A DNA stretch of 64,000 nt, taken from the NCBI GenBank assembly GCA_012295275.1, contig CM022679.1, forward strand, positions 15,562,001-15,626,000, in the 5' to 3' direction. Positions 27,161 through 40,470 of the stretch are shown piece by piece; positions within the stretch are counted from its first letter, which is position 1, and the number at the start of each line of letters is the position of its first letter. Below the pieces are notes generated by a model. The model was not told the DNA's origin, did not search any database, and worked only from the letters and a program-made list of their open reading frames with translations. Source of the stretch: Chrysomallon squamiferum. Lineage: Eukaryota; Animalia; Mollusca. The translations under genes were made by a program, and so were the position numbers.

Positions 27161-28972
27161 TCAAGCGACCACGTCTCCGCTGGCGTCTTCCTTGCATGAC
27201 CAATGTGATGTGAGCAAGAAAAAAGGTTAAACCCACATCTAATAGTGTTTGATTTTGTTTTACCAGTACAGACATTCCGGTACCATATCATAACACGTCT
27301 CAGTAAAGACATGCGTGATGCCATACCATACTGTACATTATTCATGTTCCAGTTATGCAGAAACAGATAACAAATATGACATTAGAAGATTTCTTCGCGA
27401 CCCGTCTTCCACTCAGGGCAGAACAGTCTGACACATGCAAGTAGTTTTATGAGGATAGGCCGAGTCGTAAGTTCTTCAAAATTAATTGTCGTTAAATGTC
27501 AGTTTTCTTTATTTAAGTGTATTGACATTTTCTTTAACTTTTTTCTTTTTTTTGGACCAATTTTTTGAATTTCTTTTATATGTAATATTATTTTCAAACA
27601 GCTTCAGTCTTGTAGAGAAAGCTGTGCTGACGCATATTTGGATTCTCAATCAATTATCCTCGGAGCTCTCATTGGCCTATTTCCCATTTCACCCATGACT
27701 CAAGACACGTTTGTCACATCTTCAGCGTTTCCAGTCTAAAACAACCCTTGCTGCCAGCTGATAAAAATACCCCACAGAATTATGGCACGAGTTTCATTTC
27801 TCATACTGAGACGTTTTCGACCATTATTCATTTATTCATTCATTCATTCATTTATTTGAAGTTACAGAAAGGAAGAAATGAAGACAGGAAGGAAATACAC
27901 AAAGGTAGGACAAGGTAGGTTAAAAACTAAAACGTATGATGGAAGGAAACAAGCGAGTAATTTAACGCACAGAAGGAAGCAGTCGAGGAAGGAAACAATC
28001 TGAGTACAGTGAGTTAAAGAAAAGGAAGGATTCATATGAAATGTCAGACCATAAAACAGGACAGATCTAAAATGTCCAAAAATGGAACCGTGTTTCTCAC
28101 TGGAATAATTTTCTTGAAAAAATTGTTTTGATTATTTAAATATATATATAAATTAAAACAGGGGGAAAAAAAAGAAAAAGAAGAAGGGACGGAATGGTAA
28201 ATAATTGGTAATTCATTCCTTGGATTCCAGTTAAAAGTTTAAAAAATAGATGATTAATTTTAAAAGTCCTGTAATATATTTCGCATGTTTTTTAAAACGT
28301 AAAGTTTATACTTAAAATGTATGCATATTTTAAAAATATTCTAATGATCTTTGTAACTATAAACATTTTTGTTGTTGTTGTTGTTTGTTGAATATTAGGT
28401 TTGTTTGTGGGGTATTTTTTCATTCGTGACGCCAAAACAAAGTATGAATTGATCGTTTCCCCAGATCAATTTATCTGTCCCATAATGACCAGTAATATCC
28501 ATTACTGACCTTCAAGCAAGGGCGTTCCCTGTTCATTACTGACCAGTTTATTAGGTCAGTTTTCTGGAAAGCCACTTACGTCTTTAGAGAATAAAAGTTG
28601 CAACATTACCCAGCAACAGGAAACACTTAAATCTAAAGACAAGCCGGCGATCACGCATGCTCGCTCGCTCCGCGGCAGACGATGACGTGACCGCCACGAG
28701 CACCGCACGAGTTACGTCTCGTTTTATTACCTGTTTATTTTCTTCCCATTTGTGGGAGCACGTTATTGATAGCTATGGGTGAATAAAAATTCACGCAGAA
28801 AGCTTCAGGTTTTATTGACGGCATATGTCGACTCATTATGTCTTGCAATTACAACTGGTCATCAAAACCGCCGTGTCAGTCCGCGAGACAAAGTAGGGCA
28901 TGATCTCTAATGGAAATTGAGAGGTACTGAGGCATTTCGAATCTAATGTTCATGGCGATGTCACGCAAAATG

Positions 28973-28986
28973 GTTTCCATGGAAAC
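28973..28986. promoter_or_regulatory. RFX X-box, perfect palindrome GTTTCCATGGAAAC
   Basis: Perfect 14-bp palindrome of X-box form. Confidence 0.45.
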
Positions 28987-30954
28987 TGGAGAATGCAATT
29001 TTACTTCGTTTTTTCTAACCGTTTTTAATTTCATTTTTTCCCCCACGTTTCATTCAAAAGGAACCATTCTTAACAAGTACTGAATAAATTTAGAACATTA
29101 AAACCATTTTTTCTTCTTCTTTCATTCTCTGTTACTGCATGACGTCCTGCTCCTGTTAGTACAACAGCAGCAACAACTATTACTATTACATCTGCTATAA
29201 TTTCTACTGCTACTACTAATACTATCAACATCGACGCAACAGCAACTATAATAATTATCTTTCTTCTTCTTCCACAACAACGGCTACTACTGTTATTACT
29301 GCTGCTACTACAATGATATTATAACTCTTACTAAAAATTTGTTCCACTACTAAATTCCTACTTCTAGTACTACCGATACTAGTTTGACTGCTACAGATAA
29401 ATGGAAAAATTTAAGAAATATGAAAGTAAACGATAAAAACGAAAAAATACAAGAATATTTTGGAATATCAAAAGCTTTAGTATACATGCAGACCTGCTAA
29501 GGCCCCTTTACCTACTTGATGGACTATTTTAATGGAGAATGGATCATTTTGGGCAATAATGCATTGTGTCTGTGTTCCTTTTTCATCTTTTTCTGCCAAA
29601 ACACCATCACTGTCAGTATCTGTGTTAGTGTCTGGTAAAATATTTTAAGAGGATTCTAGTTTGCGTGAGAATGCACAAGGCTCACATGAGTGCGGGAGAA
29701 AGGATCCAAAAGCACAAATCTCCCGCGAACAGCACGAGACTTGACTGGTCTGTGTATATGTATGAACATAACCATACAACTACTGCTTTTGTCTTCACCA
29801 TCTAATTAACGTTTGTTTGGATTTGCTTTGTTTTTGGGGGCACTTTTTAAAATATTTTTTAATATTGTTTATAGAAGTTTTACACGACAATAAAACATGA
29901 AATCATACGTTATTTACATCAAATAATGTTGTCATCTAATCTAATTAGACAGATGAAACGTATATAACATACTACTACATATATTTAAAAATATTTTTTT
30001 TTTAAATAATTACACTCGTATAAAATAGCTTATGGTAGAACGAAAGTGAAAACAAATTTCATAATTTTTGTTGTTATATATAACGACGTATAAATAATAA
30101 TAATAAAAAAAATTGAACAAAATGTATTTCGCAGTTGCCAGTATGATGTAATTTGTTAGAGCAAAAGAGAAAAAAAAAAAGAGATTTTTGTTTTAATTTT
30201 ATCGTTAGCCCTAAATAAATAAATTCGACAACAAAAAAACGTTTAATTATCCATTACGTAGTACTGTTTCATTCATTCCAGTCACATAAGAGATTTACTC
30301 ACAATTGTTATTCTTGTTTTAATTGATATATTTCAAAACAACGACCCCCCGTTTATTGCTCACGTAAATAAAACACCATAGAAATGTTAATACCCTTTTT
30401 CTCCATCACATGTCACTATTTACCGTTAATTACGGTGACGGTGATGTTTTTTCAAAAACACGTCTTCCTGTGATGTTTTTGGTTAACTACGGGAGGCTGT
30501 AACTAATTTACTTTTAATATCAGTCCTGTTATAAGTGTTAATCCTTCTTACTGTCTGGAATCACAGTGGCGCCCATTTGTAATAGACTGCGGAGAATGAT
30601 GATGGTACAATAAACACGTGAACTGTTATATTAGTCGCCGAGATTCCAATGACTGCAATTACAGAGAAAGCAGTGCGTTGTTAATGAATACAGACCCTGG
30701 CACAGCTGATGGACTTGATGGACCCAGAGATTCGGAGGACAATGGCTAGGGGGAGTAAGACCCTTAGGACATCTCTCGCTGAACGAAGGCGCCGTCTTCA
30801 GGAAGTGTTGAAATGACAGTGATATCATTTTAAAGTTAGCGCTTAATGGGGCCATCTATAATACGTTATATTAAGAGAATAAGTGAAAGGACACGTCAGA
30901 AATATGACGAAGAATACAGTAGTTTCCCAGCATGAGATACTTTTTTTTAAAAAA

Positions 30955-31290
30955 TAATTTATAATTGTATTTTTGGATTGTTTATAATATTATTGCCGTT
31001 TGTCAATAAGGATTGATTTTAATTGCATTGTTTAAAATATTAGTGTAATTTGTGATAGAGTTTATATTGTTTATAATATTATTTTAATTTATAATAGTGT
31101 TTATTTTGTCTATATTACTGTAATTTGTTAAAGTGTTTATATTGTTTATAATATTATTGTTATTTACAATAGTTCGTACTGTAATTTGTGATAGTATTTA
31201 TATTACGTATAATATTATTGTATCGCTAATGATATAATTGTAATTTGCATGGTGTTTAAGTTGTTTATAATATTATTATTTTTAATTAAT
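30955..31290. repeat. Degenerate AT-rich minisatellite (core TTTATATTGTTTATAATATTATT)
   Basis: Core recurs near 30975, 31061, 31136, 31197 and 31255. Confidence 0.8.
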
Positions 31291-32294
31291 GATACCACGT
31301 ATATGTATTTTAATTTGATAGCTATATATTAATATTAATTCTGGATACAAATAAACAGTTGTGTTTACATAGCTTTTGTGTCGTTAAAAAGTCACTCTCG
31401 GAAATACATATACTCACAAAGGAAAACAAGAAAGGCTATAATCATTATAGATTCAGGTCTAAAACACCCGAAACTTATGACTTAAAAACAACAACAACAA
31501 CAACAACCACAACAAAGAAAAAACAAACAAACAAAATCTTGAAATATTAGTATTATAATAAAGATTTTTTTTCAAATAACTCACAAAATGTTTTTACTGT
31601 TATGGAAGACATTTATGTTTTTCTACAAAAGAAATAAAGTCAAACAAAACTGGAACTTCCAGACAGTCATTTTTTAGAGTATCAAAAACTGGATTTAAAG
31701 ATGTCGTTTTGCTGGACACACGATCCTGCAAATGATAGCACTACTGGAGTAGGATATTTACGAAAAACAGAACATGAAAACAAATTACTGGAGATTCTTT
31801 TCTGACCATATGTGATATAGAGTCGCCACGAGCCAGTTTTAATCTAATTTGTTGACAAATAATTTGATTTGTTAACAGAAACAGACCGAGGGCTAACTGA
31901 AACACAAAGTAATTGTTTTAAACCCACAAACACGTCCATGTATGTTTTAGTTCACCGATGTACAAGTTGACTGACATAATTTATAAACTGTAGCTCGTTG
32001 TTCCTGTAACGAATTTCAAAATTGTATGTTACAGCTTCAATGGAAAAACTCAGAAAATAGAAAATAACGGTAATTTAGGTCAGTTTCTCCTTGTTTATTC
32101 GAAATATAAAAAGTAATTAGTGGTTATAATCTAAACTGTTCTTGCGTTTTATTTTTGATAAATAAGAATACAAACAAAAAAAAAAAATAGTTATCAGTCT
32201 TATTTAGATTGCTGATCCCGATTTGAAATTCCAGTTAAAAATAAAAGTATATCGTTACGATATTTGTTATACTCTTTGAAAATAGATATGTAAT

Positions 32295-32295
<1 letters not shown>

Positions 32296-32388
<93 letters not shown>
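32296..32388. repeat. (CT)n microsatellite
   Basis: Directly visible. Confidence 0.97.
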
Positions 32389-32392
<4 letters not shown>

Positions 32393-33292
32393 TGAAGTTC
32401 CGAATTCTCTTGTAGGATCTGTGTAAAACAGATCGTTAGAGAAAATTACGTGGTGATTAAGAATCTTCTGAAGTCCCACTGAACTGATTTTTTTGCTCAT
32501 TCAGTACAACGGCTTTTATTTCACTCACTTTTCTCAGCAGTTCATAAAACAAATTCTTGTAAAAAAGCAAGGAAAAGGACTAATGAACGTTAACGAACAG
32601 AATAGTTTTAATTTGAAACTGTCGAGTTATGAAGAAGAGACTTCGATTGACTGCTATATTTCTTTGTCTGGAGAATCCATTATATTTTTTATGCTTGAAT
32701 TTGTTCACTATAACTTATTTCAGTGAATAGATATTTCGTAATATTTCGTTCGATTTCTATTTATTTCGATAACTCCGGAACTCATGTCGAACATCGAAAC
32801 GATGGTTATGTTCGTCAAGAATATGTATACACAAATAACTATATATAAAAAAAAAAAATGAATATACTAATACATTTGTTCCACCAACATAATATATATT
32901 ATCATATAAAAGGCATGTCAGTTCTCTTTGTTCTGAATCAAATATATATTAACTGTGCAGTTACTGTCCGTAGTTGCAAGTATGATAGCAGGTAAATTTA
33001 ATATATATTTTCAGGCACTGACCAAAAATGCAGCTTTTTGTGGTGGAAATGCATTTGCTTCAGTAAATCAGAATAATTTCTTTAGTCTTTAAGTGGTGAT
33101 TTAATTCTTAAAAGATGTATATAGATGTATAGAGACAACGAAATTAATACGCGTTAGTTGATTTCAGTTAGTTTTGGTATTTTTTAGGACTGAAGGATTA
33201 AAGCAATAATTGGTTACTGTCTTAGGATGTCAGCTTTGTCTTGCTCAGGTTGAATGGCTTGCTGCATCTTAAGACAGTAACTAATTATTCCC

Positions 33293-33442
<150 letters not shown>

Positions 33443-33599
33443 GAAAAGATAATAATAATTTAAAAATAATTTTCCAAGGTATTACACATTCCATTTTATA
33501 CGGAAGTAATTCTCAGTCACACATAAGAGTTAGAGTTGAATCTCTAGAGACATCCTAATTACAACCGGTTTGTTTTTTCACAAGACTCAGGGTAAGAAA

Positions 33600-33883
33600 G
33601 AAGTGATTACCGGAACAGTGCTGTAAACACGGGCATTCAGTCAGCCCGAACAGCACTAAAAGACATCCTCGTGTTTTGATTTGTTAAAATAATTGTCTAA
33701 GGGAGAAGTTATCTCTGGAACAGAGCTGTAAATCAATGTATTCAGTCAACCCTAAACGCGTGAAAAGACATCATACATGTAAGTAAAGGAAATAAAGAAA
33801 AACAACAAGACGAAGAAGAAGTTTATATAACATAGCTGTGAATGCAGGTATTCAGTCAGACCAACATGATGATAAAAGCATAT
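33600..33883. repeat. Three diverged ~105-113-bp tandem units
   Basis: Units start at 33600, 33705 and 33818 and share GAAGT...GCTGT(A/G)AA...ATTCAGTCA...AAAAG(A)CAT. Confidence 0.8.
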
Positions 33884-34109
33884 AATGATTTATTTTAATG
33901 ACTTAACGTTTGACTGATCATCTGCAGAATATATAGGAACATCTTGTCAAAACAGTGTTTCCGACTAACAGGGATAAACAGAAAAATCCATGTTTTCCAT
34001 ATCAACGGTAAAATGGCTCATTTGTGTAAAGAAATCTGTAAGCTGTTTTACATGTAATAATTTTAAGTTTGGATTTTAACAAATATTTAAATTCTTTCGA
34101 TGTATTTAT

Positions 34110-34638
34110 GAAGTAGTGTAGCAGTAATCGTAATGTAAAAGTAGTAAAAAAAATGTAATAGTAATGGTAGTAGTAGTAGTAGTAGTAATAGAGGAAATTC
34201 GAATGAGAAATGTACTTAGCCTCTGAACTCTAGCTAGCACTTGTTGTAGAGATAATAGTAGCAGGAATAGAGGTAATGGTAGTAGAAGTAGTAAGAGTAC
34301 AAGAAGTAATAGTAATAGTAGTGTAGTGTTTGAAAAATGAAGGATGTAGTAATAACAGTGAAATAGCAGTAGTAGCAGTTCTAATAGTAATATTAATAGT
34401 AGTGGTGGTAGTAGTAGTAAGAGTAGCAGTAGAAATAATAATAGTTAATAGTAAAAGTATTAGTATTAGTATTATTAATAGCAGTAGAAGTGATAGAAGT
34501 AATAGTAGTAGTCATAGTTGTAATAGTAGTAGTCCTAGTTGTAATAGTAGTAATAGTGGTGGTGGAAGTAGTAATAGAAGTAATAGCAGTAGCAGTAGTA
34601 GTAGCAGTAGCAGCAGTAGCAGCAGTAGCAGCAGTAGC
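34110..34638. repeat. Degenerate (AGT)n/(AGC)n tract
   Basis: Directly visible; source of the poly-V/poly-S ORF. Confidence 0.85.
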
Positions 34639-35318
34639 ATATTTGTATTTCAGGTAACAGTAATAATAACATTAGTTTAATCTCATTTTGAAAAAAAATA
34701 GAAAAAAAACAAAACAAAACACATTCACAAAACCTTTCACATATCTGTTATTTTAAAAAAAAAAAAAAAAAAAATGAATAAATAAATAAAAATAAATAAA
34801 TAAATAAATAAATACAAAAAATAAATAAATAGAGAAATGACGGAGATAAATAAAAAAAAAAAATAATAAAAAATATGTAATAATTTTTCTTTTATGAACC
34901 AGCGACCCGATAATGAAACATCTCTTAAAAATTCCTTCATGTATTGCAGTTGCGTGATATTAAATAATTTGTTTCTCTCTGCTTTATTTTCCTTTAAACA
35001 ATATTTTTCATGTAGTTATAGGCAATTCAGCAGTGAGTGTGCTATTTTCTATTTTTTTACGGAACGGAAGTGAAAACACATTATTAAATATTAAGCATAA
35101 ATTAATTAACTTTGACGTCGCGTTGTCGGCCGGTTTAAATAGTGACACACAGGCATCATTTTAATGATTAATTAAGCAATTACGAATCACAACAGAAAAA
35201 AAAAGTAACGTTTGTGGCGATAACGAATCGTTACCAATGAAGGAACTGCAATAACGAGAATGAACTACGTATACTAGTATACTGAGCTAAAAAAAGTATC
35301 TGAAAAAAAAATTATCTG

Positions 35319-35321
<3 letters not shown>

Positions 35322-35385
<64 letters not shown>
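35322..35385. repeat. (AG)n microsatellite
   Basis: Directly visible. Confidence 0.96.
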
Positions 35386-35388
<3 letters not shown>

Positions 35389-36308
35389 TGAATTTCGAAT
35401 AAATATTTTTTAGAGGTGATTAAGACCAGGATGACAAATTATTATGATAATTATGTGGAAAAAAAAAGGATGGACTTTTTACCGATTTTTAGAAGAAAGA
35501 ATATATATCAACTTATGAAAAGAAACAGTATTATATACACAAATAAACATTAAAGATATTTTATTATATAATTGTTTTTACTGCTAATAAAAGACATGCT
35601 ATACTAAATACACAAAATAACATAATCATAAAAAAGTATCTAGGACGAAGTTAAAATTATATCAATAAACGACAATATTAATAAAATTTAAGACACACAC
35701 GTACAAAACATTTTTTTTTTTTTTTTTTTTTAAATATTTATTTATTTATTTCACCGGTATAAATTAAAATGAACCGAAAAAGGGTAAGATCGTGAGTTAT
35801 TTTTTGCGAGAGAGTATATGAAAATTTTCCTGACTAGAATATTAGATTCAACGGGACACGATGCAACGCTATATCGAATTATAACGTCGCTCTACCCTTT
35901 GTAAACGTCTTCAGCCGACCTGCTTTGATCAGTGGCTGCCCTCACCAGTTGCTGTCTAGTCTAGCATGAAGAGGTGCTCTGGATAAACGAGCGAGAGGTA
36001 CACACAAATAATAAAAAAAAAAAAAAAAAAAAAATATTGCGTCATACTCGCTTGGTGCTGAAGCACTGATGAATCGAAGATTTCAACAACCAATATAGAT
36101 CTGTAATTATTTATGACTCAAAAAATGTATAAAGTTAATAAATGAAAAACAAAACAACTTTTCATTATTGAAGTACGATACTGATTAGCTAATATTCATT
36201 TATACTTAAATAAAATTTAAAAACAAAATCATGTTCTGGTATTCATATGAATAATGCTGCTTCTTTTACGTTATAATAAAGTTATTTAACATGTAGATCA
36301 GCACTGAA

Positions 36309-36369
36309 GATAGACGGATAGAGATAGATAGATAGAGAGAGATAGATAGAAAGATAGATAGATAGATAG

Positions 36370-36404
<35 letters not shown>

Positions 36405-36445
36405 TAGATGCATAGATACATAGACAGACAGAGAGATACATAGAT
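36309..36445. repeat. (GATA)n/(GACA)n tetranucleotide tract
   Basis: Directly visible. Confidence 0.92.
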
Positions 36446-36935
36446 ATTTTAGAAGTGATTAAAGACACGATTAGACACAGTAAGATTGAAAGAAAGAAAG
36501 AAAGAAAGACAGAGAGCGAGAGAGATGGAAAGAATGAGTGAAAGAGAAAGAAGCCTAAGTGAATAAAAAAGGAGAAATTCTAGCAAACAAATGTTGACGG
36601 TTGGGATTAACGGACCGTGGACAGTTGACGCGACTGACTGACCACATCAAAGTCATTCTCAAAATTCTCATCAGTCGTCGAACGGCAACATCCTGCTAAT
36701 CTGTGCCAACATGCCACAATAGTTTGTATTTAGCATAATCCACTTAAAAACACGCGTTTATTACCAGCTATGGCTGGCGTCTGGCGAGGATGTGTTTCCA
36801 GTCCCCTTCTCTTTACTTTGAGCTAATTGCAGACTTTCAACGCCTCGGCTAAAACTGGTCTGAAACTCAAATTATGTAGCGACGTGTGAGCAATATTTAT
36901 TCACTTTGACATTTGCGTTTGGGCCAAACGAAAGA

Positions 36936-36948
36936 GGGTCAAAGGTCA
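36936..36948 (+). promoter_or_regulatory. Nuclear receptor DR1 element GGGTCAAAGGTCA
   Basis: Canonical RGGTCA-A-AGGTCA inside a CpG-containing island. Confidence 0.4.
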
Positions 36949-37120
36949 TGGTTGAAAAGCATTCTGAAGTGATGACGTTACGAAAAATCACGTCCTCGGG
37001 CCAGTAAACGGATAGCTCCGGGCGGACATGTTGCAGATGTTGACGCTGTCGTTGTGAAACATGTGTTACTTGATTTGTAATCTTTATGAGAACTGAAATC
37101 ACAATAAAAGATAATCAGTG

Positions 37121-37121
<1 letters not shown>

Positions 37122-37176
<55 letters not shown>

Positions 37177-37299
37177 CATCATCATCACAATCATCGTCAT
37201 CATCATCATTACTTTTATATTGTAGTATCTATTACTTTATTATAGTTGGTAGGTGTATCCTCTTTTATTCACTTATTTTCTGACCGCACCAAGATAGCA

Positions 37300-37346
<47 letters not shown>

Positions 37347-37347
37347 T
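37122..37347. repeat. (TTA)n(TCA)n tract and an oppositely oriented (TAA)n tract
   Basis: Directly visible. Confidence 0.92.
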
Positions 37348-38362
37348 ACAATATTCTCTTAACAAATACACTAACGGAACAGTATCAAAAATGAGTATTA
37401 TAAAAAGAATGTTTTAAAGATAATTGTGGGTAGAAGTGTAAAATGGCATGTAAATGGTACGTTTTAACTCATGGCCTTTTGTTAGGTTTTTCGAAACTGT
37501 AAAAGAATTGATTTAACATTCGCCATTTATCACAATAAAATCTTTATATGGACAATAAAATATTTATAGCGTGTGAAAATAAATTCACTCATATTAAGCA
37601 CTGCACACGTTATCATATTCCTACTGAGAACATGTAGTGCTTGCCCAGATTTATTTGTTGTTTATTGTAATGTTTATAGCAGCTCTTATCAAAAGAGGCC
37701 AAAATTAAGAAATATAGGTCAGATGTACTGGCAAGATATGAATATTAAATTTTATTCCAGCAGTTAAATGCAAACAAAAGAAAATGGGCGGAGTTATAAA
37801 TTAGGTAAGGACATTTTTGAAATATTTAAATATATATATATATATATATATATATACTTTTAAGGTTTATGTTTCTGAATATAACGTCAAATGAAATTCT
37901 GAAATAAGAAATTAAAAAAAATGAATAAATAAATAAGTAAGTAAATAAGTATTAAATATATGGACAAACAAAATTTTACTTCCACTTTTACTTACAAGTC
38001 AATAATCAGCCGGAGCAGTAATAAAAATAACACTCTGTTACTGCTGCTGCTGATAATTTTACTTTTACTGCTGATGCTGCTAATATTATACCTTTACGAT
38101 TACCGTTACGACTAGTATGACTTATGTTATGACTACAAGTAATACTATTACGATTATTGTTACAACTACTGTTACGACTACTGCATGTACTATTACGACT
38201 ACAACTATTAACACTGTCTACATTTTGTTTTAAAAAACCTTTAAGTTAAAAAAACTATCACCATCATTACACGATGCTTGAGACTACTTCTGTTAGCACT
38301 ATAATGATTATTACTACGACTAAGTATGCAACTGCTGCTACAAGTACTATTTTCGAAAAAAC

Positions 38363-38396
<34 letters not shown>

Positions 38397-38962
38397 AAAA
38401 AGAAAGAAAATTATTTTAACACCGATTTAACTAAACCTCTTCACATTTCAAAAACTGCTTCCTTCGCGTAAGGGGGTTGTTTGTTTTACTGCTGGCGCGG
38501 CAGACAACGTCGCTGCAGTGGGGGACTAACGACTACATCAGATCTTCATTTGTCAAATCCCTGGGTGGAAAAGCTAATTGTGTTGGCGCGTGTTTGTGTC
38601 TCTTTGTTTACACACGTTCCTGAAATCGACAAGTTCACGGAATGAGGTCCTGAACTAATGTGTGAACGGCAATAATTGATTACAAGTGAAAATGCTAATT
38701 GTTCCATGTTTTGTCGTCTCCCCTGCTGTGGGGCGCCATTTCTTTTTTTTTTTTTTTTTTTTTAACAAGCTAAAACATAACAGAACTGCGTTAGAATGTA
38801 AAATGAAGTCGTTACTTTTAGTTCCATTATGATGCTATGAAGAACAGATGACTATTTTAGTGGTGAAAACAAAATAAAAGAATGGAAACAAATATAACAA
38901 TAAATAAATAAGTAAAATTACACATCAACAACAAATAATAATACCAATAATACTAAAAATAA

Positions 38963-38997
<35 letters not shown>

Positions 38998-39539
38998 ATA
39001 ATAATAATAATAATCCCATTATTTTACATTGATTTGCTTATGAGTTTTAATTTCAGGTGTGTGCGAATTGCACGTGAATTTGATTCTATTAACCTACATA
39101 AATTTTATAAAAAACTCTGTTTTAAGGATCTAATTATTAATAATAACCTATTTGAAAATACTTTTAAAAAAAATATAGAAATAAACTACTTTGTTTTATT
39201 GTTACAGTTTAGCTTTCCCATGTCCGTCTCGATTTACATTTGACACTAATCTTCTTTTACAAACACGCGCAGAATGACCACATATGAAACAACTGAATTA
39301 ATATACATCCATTATGTTATTGGTTTTTGCCCATTCAAAACCCATCTGCTGGCATAATGCATATTAACTTATTAATTACCAAGGGTCAGTCGACCTTGTA
39401 AGCCAGAACTCTAATGTTTTAGTTAATGACTGAAAAATAAAACACATTTACAGACAGGTCAACCTAGAAATGAAATCACGTTAACTAAGTATTATATGAT
39501 ATGACTAATGATTCGACATAATGTAAAACAAATTAAGCG

Positions 39540-40470
39540 GTGACTGGTAACGTCACAGGGGTTCATGCGCCTGGTTCTTGCTTTACTTTTTTTGCACTTG
39601 AGGCAGGTTCAGTCTATTTTAGGAAGGGCGGTTATTTAATAATCCAGTCTAGGTGGTCCACCTCAACTGAAAAAACTACCAAAGTGGAACATTTAACGAC
39701 CTTTATTACAACATGACAATGCAGAACCTACAAGGAAAATTAAGATATTGCACGGTAGCACCGCGGCGATATAAACGTTCATCACGTCCTCTTCGACGTC
39801 GTTGATCACTCGGGAATTACACCTAGAAGGCCATTATTTACAGCTTTCTTTTGTCGACGTTTCATCATCTCTTAAAACATAAGCCACAGGGGAGCCCGCG
39901 ATCAAAGCGCAAGAATTTCACATAACCATTTCGCCCAAGATGGCGGTTCGAAAATGTTTCCCTACATGTGTAGTTACGGCCGAAGTTATTGGGGACGTGA
40001 TGGTTGTCCCCCGTCGATTCGCGGCGGGGTCGCTTTGATGGTTGTTCAGGCATGTCCAGTTAAACGAAACCGTGATAAATATTTCTTCAGCAGGACAATG
40101 GCGACCCATGGCGTTGCGCGGTGGTTGATGGGACATTTGTGACCTACGTCATCAGGTGTTGCTACGGTGAACGTAATTATTATTCAGTGTCGTAGGGTCG
40201 GAATCAACGCTCAGATGGTAGCAGAGCATTCTAAGTGGGGATATAAAAAGTTTTGTGATCGCAACCGAGACAAATTAAGTGTGGATATAAACCCATGGTC
40301 CTCACCTTCCTGTCATTCAAAGTGTAGCAAGAATAAGAGTTACTGCCCGATAGCTGGCATATCAAATCATTCCACCGCAAGGGGTCTCCACTTTGAACGT
40401 TTGTAAACTGACCACTATCTCAACACGGGGGTCTGAAACAACCGTTTTACGAAAACCTCGCCACCGGCTC
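39540..40470. promoter_or_regulatory. Large CpG-rich regulatory island
   Basis: About 0.9 kb free of microsatellites; YY1 motif CAAGATGGCGG at 39936-39946; TCF/LEF motifs at 39900-39907 and 40033-40040. Confidence 0.5.

Noticed and set aside
33600-33883. CRISPR-like repeat-spacer interpretation of the triplicated module (and of the 17-bp repeat at 18837)
   Set aside because: The repeats are too divergent or lack spacers, there are no cas genes, and the context is eukaryotic
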